64,000 nt of DNA from Eubacteriales bacterium. GTDB taxonomy: Bacteria > Bacillota > Clostridia > Oscillospirales > Butyricicoccaceae. Below are positions 28,213-38,343 of this stretch, one piece after another. Within the stretch, counting starts at the first letter, position 1. Each line of letters begins with the position of its first letter. Under the pieces are notes generated by a model, which was not told the DNA's origin, ran no database searches, and saw only the letters and a program-made list of their open reading frames with translations. Location of the stretch: assembly GCA_030524285.1 (NCBI GenBank), contig JAUNGQ010000009.1, forward strand, positions 458-64,457, written 5' to 3'. The position numbers were made by a program, and so were the translations under genes.

Positions 28213-29262
28213 TCAAATATAACGCGGTGCAACACCGAAGTATGCCAAAATACACATAACCACGGTAATACCGGCGAAAATCAAAACGATCTTCTTTTCG
28301 CTCCAGCCACACAGCTGAAAATGATGATGGATCGGCGCCTTTTTAAAGATACGCTTTCCCTGCATTTTGATGTTGCCTTTGGCATCACGCACTGGATTGC
28401 CGTTTTCATCCAATACCGGCTTTTTGGTAGCTTTATAATACGTAACCTGTGCAATGTCAGACAGGGTTTCAACCACATAAATGAAACCGACCAGTACCAG
28501 AATCAACGGCTGATCACAGGCAAATGCCAGACCAGCTACAGCGCCGCCAAGGAACAGCGAACCGGTGTCCCCCATAAATACCTTAGCCGGATTAAAATTG
28601 AAAATCAGAAACGCAGCCAAGCCGCCTGCCATTGCCGAAGCAAAAACAACCACCGGCATGTTATTGGAAATGGCACCAATAACAATAAAATATACGGAAA
28701 CCGGCAGTGTAACACCCGCTGCCAGACCGTCAAGGCCATCGGTCAGATTGACTGCATTGTTACAGCCTACCATGATAAATGCGGCAATGACAACATAAAT
28801 CAGCCACGGGATATCCAGCGAAACACCCGCAAACGGAATATACAGACTCGGCATCAGATATCCGCCCATATGCAGTACCGTCAGGAATATCAGTGCCAAC
28901 ACCAGCTGTAATGCAAACTTTTGACCGGAGGTCAGGCCCTCGTTCTCTGCCTTGCGGATTTTGGTGCTGTCATCGATAAACCCGATGATACCATAACACA
29001 GCGACAACACCAATACCGTCACCGATTGAATGCTGAAGGGACCTGCCAGCGTCAGGCTGACAGCCAGCGTCACAATGGTGATACTGATGATGAACATAAA
29101 GCCGCCCATTGTGGGCGTATTCTGTTTTCCCGCATGTTCGGGGACATAGGACAAAATTTTCTGTCCAAAGTGCATTTTTCTCAAATATTGAATCAAAGCC
29201 GGACCGATTGCAGCCGCAATCAAAAAGGATGCAATCACCGACACAGCAATAATGGTAGTCAT
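28213..29262 (-). CDS. mraY: Phospho-MurNAc-pentapeptide transferase
   Basis: TPTMGG, NAVNLTDGLDG, FMGDTGS and APIHHHF. Confidence 0.97.
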   Translation of the reverse strand: MTTIIAVSVIASFLIAAAIGPALIQYLRKMHFGQKILSYVPEHAGKQNTPTMGGFMFIISITIVTLAVSLTLAGPFSIQSVTVLVLSLCYGIIGFIDDSTKIRKAENEGLTSGQKFALQLVLALIFLTVLHMGGYLMPSLYIPFAGVSLDIPWLIYVVIAAFIMVGCNNAVNLTDGLDGLAAGVTLPVSVYFIVIGAISNNMPVVVFASAMAGGLAAFLIFNFNPAKVFMGDTGSLFLGGAVAGLAFACDQPLILVLVGFIYVVETLSDIAQVTYYKATKKPVLDENGNPVRDAKGNIKMQGKRIFKKAPIHHHFQLCGWSEKKIVLIFAGITVVMCILAYFGVAPRYI

Positions 29263-29283
29263 GTAAAATCCTGTCTTTCTCCT

Positions 29284-30642
29284 TTATTTTTCCCGAAACA
29301 GTTCCAGCGCTTTTTCCATTTTCCAGTAACGGCTTCCCTTGAACAGCAGAGCATCCCCCGGCTTTGCCGCACGCTTCAACGCGCCTGCAATGCCTTCATG
29401 GGAATGCATAATATGAATGCACCGATCCGGCATTCCTGCCTCAACAGCGCCCAGACGGTAATCCTCTGCGCCATCGCCATAGCAATACAGATAATCAGCG
29501 CATGCTGCAATTTTTCTGCCGCAGCGCTGATGCTCTGCCGCCGCAAATGTACCCAGTTCACGCATACCGCCCAAAACAGCAAACCGTTTTCCGGTAATCT
29601 CCATGCCCTTTAGCAACTCCAGAGAGGCCTCCACCGCATCCGGACTTGCATTATAGCAGGAATCAATGATGGTATACCCATTTTCCTGTGTAATGGTCTG
29701 ATGGATATCCTGAAAGCCCTTCAGTCCGGCGGCAATCTGCTCATGGGATAATCCCAGACACAGGCCTGCCGTAGCAGCTGCCAGCGCGTTATATACATTG
29801 TGCCGTCCAGCCGTGCCGATGACCGCATCAAAACTGCCCTTTGGGTGTACAATTGTCAGTCTGACGTGATCACCCTCCAGTACAATATGTTCCGCCCGCA
29901 CATCACATGCCGGATTTTCAATGCCGAAGTACAGGGTATTGACCTGCAATCGGTTCTTTTTGCACCATAGCAGCGGCTCATCGCCATTGAGGACAGCCGT
30001 GCCTCCCTGCTGCAAGCCCTCCAAAATTTCCAGCTTTGCATCGCGAATCCCTTCGCGGGAGCCAAGGAACTCAATATGTGCGGTACCAACATTGGTAATG
30101 ATGGCAACATTCGGCTTTGCCTGCGCCGTCATACGGGAAATTTCCTGAAAGTTGGACATACCCATTTCCACTACCGCGGCTTGTGTGTCTTCTTCGATAC
30201 GGAATAGCGTCAGCGGCATACCGATTTCATTGTTCAGGTTTCCCTGTGTGTACATCGTATGATATTTCTGTGCCAGAACAGCGGCTGTCATTTCCTTTGT
30301 GGTTGTCTTGCCGACCGAACCGGTGATACCGACAACCGGAATATCAAACAGCAAACGGTAGCCGCCGGACAGCGCCAGCAATGCCCTGCGTGTATCATCC
30401 ACGCGGATAACCGGAACCGGAAGCGTAACATCCTTTTCCGACATTACTGCCGCCGCCTGCATTTCCACTGCCTTTTCCAGAAAATCATGCCCGTCAAACC
30501 GTTCCCCACGGATTGGGATAAACAGGCTTCCTGCCGGAATGGACCGGGAATCTGTAGAAACCCCGATAATCTGTACCGTTCCATCCCCGACAACCACGCC
30601 GCCTGCAAGCCGTGCTGCTTGTGCAGCCGTAATCATCTTCAT
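29284..30642 (-). CDS. murF: MurF ligase
   Basis: GERFDGH, TGSVGKTTTKE, NNEIG, YNASP and KGSR. Confidence 0.95.
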   Translation of the reverse strand: MKMITAAQAARLAGGVVVGDGTVQIIGVSTDSRSIPAGSLFIPIRGERFDGHDFLEKAVEMQAAAVMSEKDVTLPVPVIRVDDTRRALLALSGGYRLLFDIPVVGITGSVGKTTTKEMTAAVLAQKYHTMYTQGNLNNEIGMPLTLFRIEEDTQAAVVEMGMSNFQEISRMTAQAKPNVAIITNVGTAHIEFLGSREGIRDAKLEILEGLQQGGTAVLNGDEPLLWCKKNRLQVNTLYFGIENPACDVRAEHIVLEGDHVRLTIVHPKGSFDAVIGTAGRHNVYNALAAATAGLCLGLSHEQIAAGLKGFQDIHQTITQENGYTIIDSCYNASPDAVEASLELLKGMEITGKRFAVLGGMRELGTFAAAEHQRCGRKIAACADYLYCYGDGAEDYRLGAVEAGMPDRCIHIMHSHEGIAGALKRAAKPGDALLFKGSRYWKMEKALELFREK

Positions 30643-30669
30643 ATCCTTTCCTCTTTGCTTTATTGCAAA

Positions 30670-32121
30670 CTACGATTTCTTTTTTTCAAAATATGCAGCA
30701 ACTACTTCGCGCTCATCCAGATGATGCTTCACATGGTTAATCTCCTGATATGTCTCATGACCCTTACCCATGAGTACAATGGTATCTCCGGTCTTGGCAA
30801 TGTCCATCGCATGCCAGATCGCTTCCGGACGATTGACAATCACTTCATACGGTGTTGCCGTGTCCTTCATGCCCTCCAGAATGTCATCAATAATTGCTTT
30901 CGGCTCTTCGGTACGCGGATTATCTGAGGTAACAATACACAGGTCAGATAGACGCGCTGCAATCGCACCCATCTTCGGACGCTTGGTGCGGTCACGGTCA
31001 CCGCCGCAGCCGAACAGTCCAATCAGCCTGCCCTTGGTGAAGCCGCGTGCCGCTTTCAGGACATTTTCCACGCCATCCGGAGAATGCGCATAATCGATCA
31101 GGACCGTGTAATCTGTATTGGTTGGAACAACCTCAACGCGCCCCTTGACGCCATGTGCAGTACGCAGCGCTGCTGCCGCCTGCGCCACCGGAATACCCAG
31201 TGCTTTTGCACAGGACAGTGCACACAATGCATTGTATACCGTAAACTGTCCCGGAATCCCCAGTGTAACCGGTACGATTTCGTCCTCAGCTACGCAGTCA
31301 AAGCTGATGCTATCAGCATGGAGCTGAATGTTCTTTGCATACAAATCACTTGCTTCTGTCTCGCCATAGGACAGGAACGGGCAAGCGCCCTGCGCCCGCA
31401 TATAACATCCTGCTTCATCATCGTCGTTGGTAACACCCACCTTAGACTGGTGAAACAGCAGAGCTTTGGCATCACGGTATGCTTCCATCGTCTTATGGAA
31501 ATCCAGATGATCCTGTGTCAGGTTCGTAAAAGCGCCGACTGCAAAGGTAATACCGTATACGCGATCCAGCACCAGAGAATGTGACGATACCTCCATCAGG
31601 ACATGCGTGCAGCCTGCGTCACGCATTTCTGCAAACAGCTTCTGCAATTCAAAAGATTCCGGCGTGGTGCGCTCCGTCGGAAGAATGTCATCACCAATCA
31701 TATTCTGGTTGGTGCCAATCAGACCAACCTTACTGCCCTGTGCTTCCAGAATGGTTTTCATCAGGTAGGTTGTCGTTGTCTTGCCGTTTGTACCGGTGAT
31801 ACCAATCATGGTCATTGTGTCAGCTGGATGGTCAAAATAATTTGCTGCCATTTGTGCCAGCGTGCGGCGGGAGGACTTCACACGTACATAAGGAAGCGCA
31901 ATACCTCCTTCCGGAATATGCTCGCAGACAATCACACTCGCACCCAACTCAATTGCCTTGCCAATATATTTGTGTCCGTCTGTTTCAAATCCAGTGATTG
32001 CAACAAACACATCACCGGGCTTTACCTGCCGGGAATCGTATTTTAATTCGCCAATTTCACATGCAGCATCGGCAGTCTGTTCCAGAACTGTAATACCGCT
32101 GAGGATTTTTTCCAGTTTCAT
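30670..32121 (-). CDS. murE: MurE ligase (meso-DAP type)
   Basis: TGTNGKTT, EVSSH, DYAH, DNPR (mDAP-specific) and GKGHE. Confidence 0.96.
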   Translation of the reverse strand: MKLEKILSGITVLEQTADAACEIGELKYDSRQVKPGDVFVAITGFETDGHKYIGKAIELGASVIVCEHIPEGGIALPYVRVKSSRRTLAQMAANYFDHPADTMTMIGITGTNGKTTTTYLMKTILEAQGSKVGLIGTNQNMIGDDILPTERTTPESFELQKLFAEMRDAGCTHVLMEVSSHSLVLDRVYGITFAVGAFTNLTQDHLDFHKTMEAYRDAKALLFHQSKVGVTNDDDEAGCYMRAQGACPFLSYGETEASDLYAKNIQLHADSISFDCVAEDEIVPVTLGIPGQFTVYNALCALSCAKALGIPVAQAAAALRTAHGVKGRVEVVPTNTDYTVLIDYAHSPDGVENVLKAARGFTKGRLIGLFGCGGDRDRTKRPKMGAIAARLSDLCIVTSDNPRTEEPKAIIDDILEGMKDTATPYEVIVNRPEAIWHAMDIAKTGDTIVLMGKGHETYQEINHVKHHLDEREVVAAYFEKKKS

Positions 32122-32136
32122 CTTGTTTCCTCCCTG

Positions 32137-34464
32137 TTATTCCTGACTGGTCATATTATTACCAAAGGCTACGGTAACAACCGAACCTCTTGCTACCTCG
32201 CTGTTTGCCGCAGGACTCTGCGTAACAGCGGCAGAAGCACCGGAGGTGCGCCAACTGGCAATACCATTTTGCTTCATATATAATCCGTTGTTCGCCAGCT
32301 CTGCACGGGCAACCTCCACGCTCATTCCGCTGACATCCGGTACAGTAACCTTATCCGTCGATTTTTCCTCGCCGCAATACAGAACAACCGTGTTATCCGG
32401 CTGGATGGAAATACCGCCCACCGGAAGCTGGTCTGTCACAGTATCGTCATCGCCCTTGACCCGATACTCCAGTCCAAGCTCATCCAACGCTGCCTTTGCG
32501 TCCTCCAAAGACTTATTGGTCAGCGACGGAACTGTAATTTCCTGACGGTCTGCTTCCTCCTCGGAGAACGCTGCTTCCACACCAAGGTACGGCAGAATAT
32601 CTTCAAAAATACGTCCAACAACCGGAGCTGCAATCGCGCCGCCGCCTTTTTCCGAGGTCTGCGGCTCATCAATCATAACGATAACAGCATACTCCGGATC
32701 GTCCATCGGTGCAACACCGATAAAGGATGCAATACGCAGGCTGTTATCGCTCTTCGGCTGCTTCTGTGAAGTTGCGGTCTTACCGCCGATGCGGTATCCT
32801 GCAACATAAGCATTCTGGCCGGTGCCGTTTGCAACGACATTTTCCAGAAATTCACACATAACATCGCTGGTTTCCTCTGAAAGGACCTGCCGCTTGACTT
32901 GTGTTTCCATGGTCTGCTGTACATTGCCTTCGGTATCGACAATCTCCTTGACAATGTGTGGCACAACCAGCTCGCCGTCATTGCAGACTGCGGCTACCAT
33001 GCACAGCTCCTGCAGCGGCGTTACCTGGAAGTTCTGTCCGAAGGATGCCGTTGCAAGGTCTACCTCGCCCATCTCATCAAAGAAAATGCCAGTTGCTTCG
33101 CCCGGCAGGTCAATGCCGGTCTTTTCCAGCATACCATATGCATTAAAATACTTGCGGAACATATCCGCGCCCATCATGGCGCTGATATCCATCATGGCTA
33201 CGTTGCAGGAATTTGCCAGTGTCTCCTTGAGCGTCTGCGAACCATGCCCTCCACTCTTCCAACAGTTGATCTTACGATCCTTGACTACCTTGAAGCCTCC
33301 GCAGGAAAAACCACTGCTTTCCGGTGTAACAACACCTTCCTCCAATGCAGTGGATACCGTGAAGACCTTAAAGGTAGAGCCTGGCTCGTAGGTATCGTTG
33401 ATCGGTTTGTTTCTCCACAACCGCAACAGGATTTCGCTGTACTTCTTTTTGTATTCATCGCCGCTCAGGTTGTCAAGCTCTGCCAGCAGCGAGGTATATT
33501 CCTCTGGGATTGTGCGCGGGTCATTCAGGTCAAAATCCGGTTTCGTGGATATCCCAAGGATTTCACCGGTTTTGATATTCATGACAATGCCGCATACACC
33601 CTTCTTCGCATCCGTGCTCTGGAGCACCTGTTCCAGATGCTTTTCCAGATAATGCTGCACACCTTCATCAATGGTCAAAACAATGCCGTTACCATTCTTG
33701 GCTTCCACATATTTCTCATAATCATATGGCATATCGGAGCCAAGCGCGTTGGTTGCCTTGACAACGCGTCCGGCAACACCCTTGAGTATATCATTATATT
33801 GCAGCTCCACGCCGTACAAGCCCTCTCCATCGTCGTTTGTAAAGCCGAGAATCTGTGATGCAAAGTTGCCGTATTTATAATACCGCTTGGAATCCTCCGT
33901 GGTATATACCCCCGAAAGCCCCGTCTCGTCGATCTGCTGCATAATGGTGTCCGCAATATCAGCATCTACACGGCGTGCAATGCGGACATAGGATACATCC
34001 CGCTGTATTTTTTCCAGAACCTCCGTATAATCCAGTTCAAGGTTTTCCGCCAAAATTTCAGCAATCTTCTCCTGATAGGCCAGCAGTGCAGCCTGTTTTT
34101 CCTCATCTGTTGCAGGGATTTGCTTTCCCTTCTCATCGGTTTTCTGTTTCACCGATGCCTTGCCTTTATCCCTGATCCCTGACGGGTCAACACTGATTTC
34201 CTGTGTTGTTGCACTCACAGCAAGCTCTGTCATATTCCGGTCATAGATCGTACCGCGCGTCGGTGTGATAATCATATCCTTTGTCTGGTTTTCCGCTGCC
34301 TTGCTCTGATAGAAATTGGTTGTAACTACCTGCAAATAAAACAGCCGGATACCGACAATGACAAAACCAAACACGGCAAAGGCTAAAATGAGCAGGACAA
34401 TCCTCCCACGCATAGTCATCTTCTTTTTATTGGAACGTTTACGTGCCATTCGTCTATTCTCCAA
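32137..34464 (-). CDS. Class B penicillin-binding protein with 2 PASTA domains (FtsI/SpoVD-like)
   Basis: PTRGTIYDRN, EPGSTFK, SCN, GKTAT and C-terminal PASTA repeats. Confidence 0.92.
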   Translation of the reverse strand: MENRRMARKRSNKKKMTMRGRIVLLILAFAVFGFVIVGIRLFYLQVVTTNFYQSKAAENQTKDMIITPTRGTIYDRNMTELAVSATTQEISVDPSGIRDKGKASVKQKTDEKGKQIPATDEEKQAALLAYQEKIAEILAENLELDYTEVLEKIQRDVSYVRIARRVDADIADTIMQQIDETGLSGVYTTEDSKRYYKYGNFASQILGFTNDDGEGLYGVELQYNDILKGVAGRVVKATNALGSDMPYDYEKYVEAKNGNGIVLTIDEGVQHYLEKHLEQVLQSTDAKKGVCGIVMNIKTGEILGISTKPDFDLNDPRTIPEEYTSLLAELDNLSGDEYKKKYSEILLRLWRNKPINDTYEPGSTFKVFTVSTALEEGVVTPESSGFSCGGFKVVKDRKINCWKSGGHGSQTLKETLANSCNVAMMDISAMMGADMFRKYFNAYGMLEKTGIDLPGEATGIFFDEMGEVDLATASFGQNFQVTPLQELCMVAAVCNDGELVVPHIVKEIVDTEGNVQQTMETQVKRQVLSEETSDVMCEFLENVVANGTGQNAYVAGYRIGGKTATSQKQPKSDNSLRIASFIGVAPMDDPEYAVIVMIDEPQTSEKGGGAIAAPVVGRIFEDILPYLGVEAAFSEEEADRQEITVPSLTNKSLEDAKAALDELGLEYRVKGDDDTVTDQLPVGGISIQPDNTVVLYCGEEKSTDKVTVPDVSGMSVEVARAELANNGLYMKQNGIASWRTSGASAAVTQSPAANSEVARGSVVTVAFGNNMTSQE

Positions 34465-34616
34465 TCAATCGTCACTACAGGTTTTCTGTTCTGTAGGAAT
34501 ACGTTATGATTATATCACAACTGCAACACTATTGCATCGTCATTGTGACAAAAAACAGGAGTCAGAAGGCTATTCACGCTTCTCACTCCCGCTGCTTTCC
34601 TTATGTATATGATTCA

Positions 34617-35093
34617 TTACCGTAAAAATGACAAAATTGCGTTAAAGCTCTTGACAAAGCTGGATGCCAGCTTTTCCACTCCGCTGGAAGCTTCATTCAC
34701 CTCAACCTGATCTGTTTTTTGCAGCTCCAGATATTCCTCCTGACTGCGGTCAAGCTTGACCAGACCAAGTACATTTTCCGCATAATCCTCAACCTGTGAA
34801 AGGTCAATAGAATTTTCCTTCTTGGCATTCAGTGAGACATATTCACTTTCCAACTGCGCCAGTGTCTGCTGCTTTTCTTCCACTTGGCTTTTCAGATCAG
34901 TCATCTGCACATAGCAGGTAACGGTAGAAACAGCAAGCACTGCTGCTACAATACACATCGCACCAAGCGCCAGCAAACGAAGCCGCTTTTTTCGAATACG
35001 TGCACGCAGACGCGCCCGCTTTCTCTTCTCGGCTTCTGCTCTTTTATCTAAAACGGTACGGTTTTCTGCTCCGTAACCAGTATTCTCAACCAT
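34617..35093 (-). CDS. ftsL: FtsL-like septum protein
   Basis: Basic N-terminus, TM, coiled coil and VEDYAENVLGL; follows rsmH. Confidence 0.75.
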   Translation of the reverse strand: MVENTGYGAENRTVLDKRAEAEKRKRARLRARIRKKRLRLLALGAMCIVAAVLAVSTVTCYVQMTDLKSQVEEKQQTLAQLESEYVSLNAKKENSIDLSQVEDYAENVLGLVKLDRSQEEYLELQKTDQVEVNEASSGVEKLASSFVKSFNAILSFLR

Positions 35094-35111
35094 TATTCAA
35101 TCCGCTCTCCC

Positions 35112-36056
35112 TTATTTTTCCGACAATTTTTCACATACTCTCAATTTCGCGCTCCGGGCGCGGGGATTTTGAGCGATTTCTTCCATAGACGGCAATAGCG
35201 GTTTGCGTGTCGTCAATTTAATTTTTGCTTTTTTCCCACATACACATACGGGAAAATCCTTTGGGCATGTACAACCCTGAGCGGCTTTTCGGAATGCTGT
35301 CTTTACAATGCGGTCCTCCAGTGAATGGAACGTAATGACTGCCAGACGCCCTCCCGGCGCCAGCACATCAATTGCACGATCCATAGCTTCCTGCACAGCC
35401 ATCAGTTCATCATTCACTGCAATACGGATTGCCTGAAAGCTACGCTTTGCCGGATGCTGCTTTTCCCGACGCGCTGCCGGCGGCATAGCCCCGCGAATAA
35501 GATCTGCCAGCTGCATGGTTGTTTCAATCGGCTTTTTCTGCCGTTCGCGTTCAATAGCAGCGGCGATCTGTGGCGCATACCGTTCCTCTCCATATTCCAG
35601 AAGAATCCGACGGAGCTCTGCCCGATCCCATGTATTAACAATTTCATACGCAGAAAGCGTCTGCTGCTGATCCATGCGCATATCCAAACGGGCATCCTGC
35701 ATGTAGGAAAAGCCCCGTTCCGCAATATCCAGCTGCGGCGATGAAACACCCAGATCAAACAAGATGCCATCAACTTGTTCCACATCGCAGGATGCGATGG
35801 CCTGATCTAAATTGCGAAAATCACTTTTCACCAGCGTAACGCGATCCATGACATCAGCCAGACGGATTCTGGCATTCTCCAGCGCCATATCATCCCGATC
35901 AATGGAAATCAGTCTTCCGCCCTCTGTCAGACGTTCCGCAATATGGCGTGAATGTCCTGCCCCGCCCAGTGTGGCATCCACATAAATACCATCCGGACGA
36001 ATATGCAGATTGTCCAGGCATTCGGTAAGCAAAATTGAGACATGCTTAAATTCCAT
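35112..36056 (-). CDS. rsmH: 16S rRNA m4C1402 methyltransferase
   Basis: HVSILL, DATLGGAGH, DLGVSS and FHSLEDR; start MEFKH after GAGGA. Confidence 0.97.
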   Translation of the reverse strand: MEFKHVSILLTECLDNLHIRPDGIYVDATLGGAGHSRHIAERLTEGGRLISIDRDDMALENARIRLADVMDRVTLVKSDFRNLDQAIASCDVEQVDGILFDLGVSSPQLDIAERGFSYMQDARLDMRMDQQQTLSAYEIVNTWDRAELRRILLEYGEERYAPQIAAAIERERQKKPIETTMQLADLIRGAMPPAARREKQHPAKRSFQAIRIAVNDELMAVQEAMDRAIDVLAPGGRLAVITFHSLEDRIVKTAFRKAAQGCTCPKDFPVCVCGKKAKIKLTTRKPLLPSMEEIAQNPRARSAKLRVCEKLSEK

Positions 36057-36075
36057 CTCGCACTCTTCCTCCACC

Positions 36076-36492
36076 TCAAAAGCCCAGATCTTCCATTGCC
36101 TGCGCAATACTGCCGGCATCCAATGCATTGTTGTAATCTTCCCATTTCTGTCTATTCCAGATTTCTGCACGCTCACTGACACCGATGATGGTCACATCAT
36201 GGTCAAGTCCGGCATAAGTGCGCAAGACAGGTGGAACGACAATGCGTCCCTGCTTATCAATCGTCACGTCCGCAGCGGAAGACAGAAAAAAACGCTGCAA
36301 ACTTCTTGATTTTGACATTGGAAGCTGCCGGATATTTTCTTCCAGCTTATCCCATGCTTCCTGTGGATACAGAAACAGGCACTCGTCCAGCCCTTTTGTC
36401 ACGACGAAACTGTCTCCCAGCTCCTCGCGCAGCTTGGCTGGTATGAAGAGGCGACCCTTTGCATCCAGGGTGTGTTGATATTCGCCTTTCAC
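36076..36492 (-). CDS. mraZ: Transcriptional regulator MraZ
   Basis: GEYQHTLDAKGR and DKQGRI; GTG start after AGGAGG. Confidence 0.95.
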   Translation of the reverse strand: MKGEYQHTLDAKGRLFIPAKLREELGDSFVVTKGLDECLFLYPQEAWDKLEENIRQLPMSKSRSLQRFFLSSAADVTIDKQGRIVVPPVLRTYAGLDHDVTIIGVSERAEIWNRQKWEDYNNALDAGSIAQAMEDLGF

Positions 36493-36540
36493 ATCAATGT
36501 CCTCCTGCTCTGTTTCCATGGAAATTTATGGTCTTTTCAA

Positions 36541-36592
36541 CCACCTTCCACCACCATGATTTTATTATACTTTTTGTAATCATAAAATGCAA
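36541..36592 (-). promoter_or_regulatory. dcw promoter with MraZ-type GTGG repeats
   Basis: TTGCAT-17-TATAAT (36592-36564), then GTGGTG-GAAG-GTGGTT with 10 nt periodicity. Confidence 0.65.
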
Positions 36593-36762
36593 GGAGATGT
36601 TTGATTTTTTTATGTGAAAAATCAGACTTTTTCAATTGTTTTTCAGCAAATCCACAACTTTCGAACGCATGTTCGCGAAATGAAACTTTGTTACCCCCAG
36701 TGTAAGTTAAAAAAGCAGAGGATGCTGTGTTCCATCCTCTGCTCCTATGCATAAATCATGTC

Positions 36763-37242
36763 TTATTTTGCGTTTGCGTTCTCAAACTGCGCACGACACT
36801 TGCGGATTTCCTCCAGCGCTGCGGCAGCGCAACTCTCTGTCTCGTTCAACTTATTGGTACAGTAGCTGCTAACCGCGCCGCGCAGCTGATTGGCCTGATT
36901 TTCAGCAGTCGCAACAATTTCATCTGCCTGCTGCTGCGCAGCTACAACAATTGCGCTTTCATTGACCGTCTTGCGGACATAGTCCTCTGCCTTCCGGCGC
37001 AAATCCTCCGCTTCCTTCTTTCCTGCCGCGATCATGTCATTGCGCTTTTCCACAATGGCACGCGCCATTTCCAGATCCTTCGGCATATTGGTGCGGATCT
37101 CATCGAGAATATCCAATGCCTTTTCACGGTCAATCATGCATTTTTCTGTGCTCAGCGGTACGCTTCGTGCTTCCTGAATCATATCGTACAACGAGTTTAC
37201 AAGTTCTTCCAAAACAGCTACCATACTCTCTTTATCCTCCAT
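36763..37242 (-). CDS. Conserved coiled-coil protein downstream of coaD (DivIVA/ATPase-subunit-like)
   Basis: EARSVPLS...IDREKALDILDEIR...P plus an AxxxA coiled coil; typical clostridial coaD neighbour. Confidence 0.75.
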   Translation of the reverse strand: MEDKESMVAVLEELVNSLYDMIQEARSVPLSTEKCMIDREKALDILDEIRTNMPKDLEMARAIVEKRNDMIAAGKKEAEDLRRKAEDYVRKTVNESAIVVAAQQQADEIVATAENQANQLRGAVSSYCTNKLNETESCAAAALEEIRKCRAQFENANAK

Positions 37243-37266
37243 CCGACTTTTCTTCCTGCTATTTCC

Positions 37267-37752
37267 TTAGTTCGTTTGATCAAGCTTATTCATAATGTCC
37301 TCGCGGATCTCCTCCGGGACGAGCTCGGTAATATCTCCGCCGTGCCGCGCGATGTCCCGCACAATCGTAGAGCTGAGAAACAGATATTTCTGTTCTGTCA
37401 TCAAAAATACTGTATCCAGCTCCGGATTCAGCTTTTTATTTGCCAACGCCATCTGAAATTCATACTCAAAATCAGATACAGCCCGCAATCCCTTTACGAT
37501 TGCACAGGCTTTCTTTTCCCGCACATAATCTGCCAGCAGCCCGCTAAAGCTTTCCACCTCAACATTGGGAATATCCTGCGTCATACGCTTCAGAAAATCT
37601 ACCTTTTCCTCCATGGTAAACGCGGATTTCTTTTCGCCGTTTATCATTGCCGCCACAATCAGTTTATCAAATAGTCTGGATGCGCGGCGGATAATATCCA
37701 GATGTCCATATGTGGCAGGGTCAAAGCTGCCGGGATATACCCCGATTCTCAT
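37267..37752 (-). CDS. coaD: Phosphopantetheine adenylyltransferase
   Basis: YPGSFDPATYGH, GLRAVSDFEYE and LSST. Confidence 0.97.
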   Translation of the reverse strand: MRIGVYPGSFDPATYGHLDIIRRASRLFDKLIVAAMINGEKKSAFTMEEKVDFLKRMTQDIPNVEVESFSGLLADYVREKKACAIVKGLRAVSDFEYEFQMALANKKLNPELDTVFLMTEQKYLFLSSTIVRDIARHGGDITELVPEEIREDIMNKLDQTN

Positions 37753-37788
37753 ATATATGCCTTTCCGGTCCTGCGAAAAAGCAAAACC

Positions 37789-38343
37789 TCAGTCATTTTC
37801 AACCTTCCGGCATAACGCCGTCAGGCAAATTGTGCCGTACCGATATGTTTTGTGTACAGCAAACGTGTCCGGACAGATGATTGTATCTTCAACGGAACTT
37901 TCACATATTATTATACCATCTGATGACAGGATGTCAAACGATTCTACAACTTTCAACGCAGAATTTAATAATTCTCCACCATAGGGCGGATCAAGGAATA
38001 AAATATCAAATTTTTGCCCCTGAAGCTTCTGCAACGCCTGCTGATAAGGCAGGTTTAGGATTTCTGCACGCTCTTCCACGCGTGCTGCTGCAATATTCCG
38101 GCGAATAACAGATATCGCCTTGGGAGCACAATCAACAAAAACTGCTCTCGCTGCACCGCGGCTCAGCGCCTCAATTCCCATCTGTCCCGTCCCGGCGAAC
38201 AGATCCAGCATCACCGCATCATATAGGCGGAACTGTAAAATATTAAAAACGGACTCCTTTACCTTATCCGTTGTCGGACGGGTATCCTTTCCCGGCACGG
38301 CTTGCAGCATCCTGCCTCTTGCACTCCCACTGATGACTCTCAT
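37789..38343 (-). CDS. rsmD: 16S rRNA m2G966 methyltransferase
   Basis: MRVISG, RPTTDKVKE, LDLFAGTG and DPPY. Confidence 0.95.
   Translation of the reverse strand: MRVISGSARGRMLQAVPGKDTRPTTDKVKESVFNILQFRLYDAVMLDLFAGTGQMGIEALSRGAARAVFVDCAPKAISVIRRNIAAARVEERAEILNLPYQQALQKLQGQKFDILFLDPPYGGELLNSALKVVESFDILSSDGIIICESSVEDTIICPDTFAVHKTYRYGTICLTALCRKVEND

Noticed and set aside
32899-33858. 319 aa plus-strand ORF (likewise 36727-37674 and 39342-40274)
   Set aside because: Mirror-frame shadows of the PBP, coaD and uvrC genes.
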